64,000 nt of DNA from an uncultured Bacteroides sp. Lineage in GTDB: Bacteria > Bacteroidota > Bacteroidia > Bacteroidales > Bacteroidaceae. A program made the position numbers and the translations under genes. The stretch lies in the NCBI GenBank assembly GCA_964528875.1, contig CAZGUI010000004.1, positions 3,627-67,626 of the forward strand, written 5' to 3'. The notes beneath the pieces were generated by a model that saw only the letters and a list, made by a program, of their open reading frames with translations, was not told where the DNA came from and did no database searches. Below are positions 61,074 to 64,000 of the stretch, one piece after another (within the stretch, counting starts at the first letter, position 1; each line of letters opens with the position of its first letter).

Positions 61074-61440
61074 ATTTTTAAGTTTAGTGTTTTTATTTCT
61101 CTACGTTAAACTAATAACAAAAACCATTCTAACCTATATTTGGTTCTCCTTTTTCCTGAATTTTAACAGCGATTAGAGTAAAAATCGGACATTTTTACAC
61201 TCCTTATGACACTTTTCGCCAGATTAGGCAGTTATCATCTATTTTTAATAATCGCCCGTTTATTTTTAAAAGTATCTTAAAAAACAAGACTTTATGAACA
61301 TTGTACATCTTTTATTCTAATAACTCCTATTATCTATACCTTAATATCAACGTCAAAAAAGACAGCCCTAATTATTCAGTTAGAAGCTTTATTTTCTTTA
61401 AGTTATTATTATAACTAAGGTAAATTATATAGAAAACAAA

Positions 61441-61469
61441 AGAGCAGAAAGTATGAAACTTCCTGCTCT
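61441..61469. terminator. Hairpin terminator downstream of the repeat-containing lipoprotein gene
   Basis: AGAGCAG (61441-61447) pairs with CTGCTCT (61463-61469). A-rich upstream and TTTGTTTTT downstream. Confidence 0.55.
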
Positions 61470-61497
61470 TTTGTTTTTAGACTTTTATATTAAAGAC

Positions 61498-61887
61498 TTA
61501 TTTCAATAAATCTTTAGCTGCATTAGCTGCTTCATTTACAGCATCAGCTGCTTTTTCTTTAGCAGAATCAACAGCTTCGTTCACAGCGTCAGCTGCTTTT
61601 GCTTTAGCTGTTTCAACAACTTCTTTTAATTCTTCAAGTCTTGCTTTTTCTTGTTCAGTTAATTTTTCTGCTTCATTTTTAGCTTTTTCAACTAATGCGT
61701 TGTATTCAGCTTCTAAAGCAGCCAACTGATCAGTAGTATATTCTACAGCGTTGTCTACATTGTTTTCAACAGCTTCTTGTGCTGCATTTACAACTTCATC
61801 AACAGTAGGTTCTTCTTTTTTTGCTTGAGAACCTCCACAAGCTAATAGCAACGATATAGTTGCTATCATTAATAATAATTTCTTCAT
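61498..61887 (-). CDS. Small helical lipoprotein with an internal tandem repeat
   Basis: Lipobox LLLACGGS. The A/E/K-rich sequence contains KAADAVNEA twice (AKAKAADAVNEAVDSAKEKAADAVNEAANAAKD). Confidence 0.7.
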   Translation of the reverse strand: MKKLLLMIATISLLLACGGSQAKKEEPTVDEVVNAAQEAVENNVDNAVEYTTDQLAALEAEYNALVEKAKNEAEKLTEQEKARLEELKEVVETAKAKAADAVNEAVDSAKEKAADAVNEAANAAKDLLK

Positions 61888-62007
61888 AAGTTAATAATAA
61901 TTAATTTGTTTCTGAATAGCTCACAAAGTTAGTGTATATATTCATATAATTAACAAGATTCTACTCTTTTTTTACAATTCGATGGAAAACGATTGAATTA
62001 TCTAAAA

Positions 62008-62853
62008 TTACCTAATCGTCAAATAGAGTAGTTCTTCTTTATTACCATTGAAAACATTTAAATCGACAAGTTCTTTTATTCCGGGTATAATACCAACATC
62101 CGTATATTGCCAAAACTTCCACTCACCCTCATATTTTACTTTGGGCACATAGTAATGTGCAATCCAATAAGGATACTGATTGAAATCACTGTGAGAAAGA
62201 TGATGCGATTTGAATTTATATGATGTATATAATATGGGCTTAACCTTGTAATGTTTCTCAATGATGTCTAACCAGATTTTTACACTATCTTGAAGGTCTT
62301 GAGAAGACATATTTCGAGGTTTAACCTCAATATCTAATACGGGAGGTAAATCGCCTAATTCTAAAAGAACATTATTTATAAAAAAGTCGGCCTGTTTCTT
62401 AGCTGGGGTTTTGGGTATATAATAATGATAGACACCACGAATTAAATTTGCTTCTTTAGCCGATTTGAAGTTTCTTTCGAAACTTTCATCCTTAAAGTCC
62501 CCCCCTTCTGTTGCTTTAATAAAAACAAAATCTAAAGGTACAGTTGTATTTTTGGTTTCTGTGATTTTCTCCCACTCAATGTTACCTTGATGTCTCGATA
62601 CATCTAATCCATAAATGTAATCACCATCAGGGATACAAACCCCATAGGCACGAATCCCTATGCATTTTTGCCAACGATATTTATAAGGAGAGATGAAAAA
62701 GTAATAAAAAGCCAAGAAAAAAACACAAGCTAATACAGCAAATAGCAAATAATGAACCCAAAGAGGAAGAATAAATTGTTTCCTTTGTTTTTTACGAACA
62801 GAAACTTTCTTCTTTTTCTTCTTTTTTTTAGGTGATGTTTTCTTAGCTACCAT
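62008..62853 (-). CDS. Glycoside hydrolase family 25 muramidase with a poly-Lys N-terminus and a TM anchor
   Basis: GLDVSRHQGNIEW, DFVFIKATEG and GVYHYY are GH25 motifs. N-terminus MVAKKTSPKKKKKKKKVSVRKKQRKQ, then a TM helix. Confidence 0.85.
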   Translation of the reverse strand: MVAKKTSPKKKKKKKKVSVRKKQRKQFILPLWVHYLLFAVLACVFFLAFYYFFISPYKYRWQKCIGIRAYGVCIPDGDYIYGLDVSRHQGNIEWEKITETKNTTVPLDFVFIKATEGGDFKDESFERNFKSAKEANLIRGVYHYYIPKTPAKKQADFFINNVLLELGDLPPVLDIEVKPRNMSSQDLQDSVKIWLDIIEKHYKVKPILYTSYKFKSHHLSHSDFNQYPYWIAHYYVPKVKYEGEWKFWQYTDVGIIPGIKELVDLNVFNGNKEELLYLTIR

Positions 62854-62922
62854 AAATTAAAATAAACCGATAGTGGTATATGTAAAGTAACCACTATCGG
62901 TAATTATGAATAATAAGTATGT

Positions 62923-64000
62923 TTATTTATTATTTTGCTCTAATTGTAGAGTTTTAGTAGATTGATCACAAACCTCTGTTGGACCAAAGTATTGAATAGG
63001 TCCTGGATAAACATAACAAGTTTCCTCTGCCCATTTTTCTCTATTGGCTACAAATTCCTTGAATGGGGCAGCATCTAGTTCAACTAAAGCTTTTTGTATA
63101 ACAGGTTTCATCTCTCCGTGACGACGCTCCATATTCATCATCATTGTAATAGGCACACCACCTGCAATCCATTCTTCAGCAGGACTTGTTGTGTTTCTAA
63201 TGGATGACATATAACCCGTTTTACCACTTTCAATTAAAGCAGCTGCATTGTAACCTAAAGAGTAGCAATAGTCAGCATCAAAGTTGGATGGAGCTGCACA
63301 ACGCCCTTCATAACCAAAGAAGTGATGTAAAGGAGCGAATGATCCTACATATTTACCTTCTGCTTTCCATTCGTTCAGCTTGTTGTCAACCATTTCTGAA
63401 AGTAGTTTCTCTGTTTCAATTCTTGAAACTTGTACATTTCCATGAGGGTCACGATCCATAGATAACTGAAGAGCTACAGCTTCGGGAAGACTAGCATAAG
63501 TTGCAGCATTCTCTGAAGAAAGTTTACTAATGATATAGTCTCTTTGATGACCTGCTTTAATATGTGAGAATTCTTCTGCATTTTCTGCTAAGAAGTCATT
63601 TAACTCAGCAATTAAACGTTTCATTGCCGGAATAAACTCTATGATTCCTTCTGGAATAAGAACAGTACCAAAGTTATTTCCTTGAGCTGCACGCTGTGCA
63701 ATAACAGTAGCAATTTGTTCTACAACCTCATCTAAAGAGTATTCTTTTTCAGCTACCTCTTCTGAAATTAAACAAATGTTAGGTTGTGTTTGTAGTGCAC
63801 ACTCCAATGCAATGTGAGAAGCAGAACGTCCCATTAATTTAATGAAGTGCCAATATTTTCTAGCAGAGTTACAATCTCTTTGGATGTTCCCAATAACTTC
63901 TGAATATACTTTACAAGCTGTATCAAAACCGAAAGAAGTTTCTATCCAATCATTTTTCAAGTCGCCATCGATTGTTTTAGGACAACCTACTACTTGGATA
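62923..64000 (-). CDS. pfp: Diphosphate--fructose-6-phosphate 1-phosphotransferase (PPi-PFK); 5' end outside the window
   Basis: The frame stays open past the track Met at 63960 to the window edge. The C-terminal two thirds of a PFK-fold protein ([33 protein letters not shown]), typical of the long PPi-dependent form. Confidence 0.85.
   Translation of the reverse strand, partial: IQVVGCPKTIDGDLKNDWIETSFGFDTACKVYSEVIGNIQRDCNSARKYWHFIKLMGRSASHIALECALQTQPNICLISEEVAEKEYSLDEVVEQIATVIAQRAAQGNNFGTVLIPEGIIEFIPAMKRLIAELNDFLAENAEEFSHIKAGHQRDYIISKLSSENAATYASLPEAVALQLSMDRDPHGNVQVSRIETEKLLSEMVDNKLNEWKAEGKYVGSFAPLHHFFGYEGRCAAPSNFDADYCYSLGYNAAALIESGKTGYMSSIRNTTSPAEEWIAGGVPITMMMNMERRHGEMKPVIQKALVELDAAPFKEFVANREKWAEETCYVYPGPIQYFGPTEVCDQSTKTLQLEQNNK

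Overview
AT-rich chromosomal segment with a Bacteroidota signature: a short 286-aa primary sigma factor, TTTG/TAnnTTTG promoter boxes, an RseC-RnfBCDGEA operon, PPi-dependent phosphofructokinase, NigD-like and clostripain-like lipoproteins. Coding density is high and most genes are housekeeping: msrB/A fusion, FMN reductase, a MacAB/TolC-type ABC exporter operon, MATE and EamA transporters, an ECF sigma/anti-sigma pair, holA, murB, ispE, galE, pyrG, yidC, mutS2, sdaA, mgtE, rpoD, htrA and pfp. I recognised no rRNA, tRNA, CRISPR array, transposase or integrase by eye. Five things are not explained by ordinary annotation. (1) A tightly packed nine-gene minus-strand cluster (30314-37328) of mostly uncharacterised, largely membrane-associated proteins. 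It includes LemA, a DUF3137-like protein, a DUF1266-like protein, and a trypsin-like protease fused to a zinc ribbon and a YbjN-like module, next to a paralogous YbjN-like protein. It is preceded by a perfect FNR-type box TTGAT-N4-ATCAA and sits beside a Crp/Fnr regulator that carries the E-x-x-S-R recognition motif. This is my best candidate for an undescribed system. (2) A GC-rich interspersed repeat family made of 11-bp GGTCCTAGACC-type motifs at exact 22-bp phasing, with three good copies and one decayed copy, all intergenic. (3) A candidate stand-alone structured sRNA (about 22748-23012, minus strand) with a consensus promoter, a 10-bp terminal helix, a cUUCGg hairpin and an intrinsic terminator. 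(4) A perfect 114-bp direct repeat bracketing the FMN reductase gene; each copy looks like a promoter plus a short hairpin-terminated RNA. (5) Smaller curiosities: a retropepsin-like protease with two DTG motifs, an anti-sigma factor fused to an outer-membrane barrel, a C11 peptidase with a small partner, and a poly-Lys homopolymer tract. All functional names come from motif recognition by eye; no database search was run.
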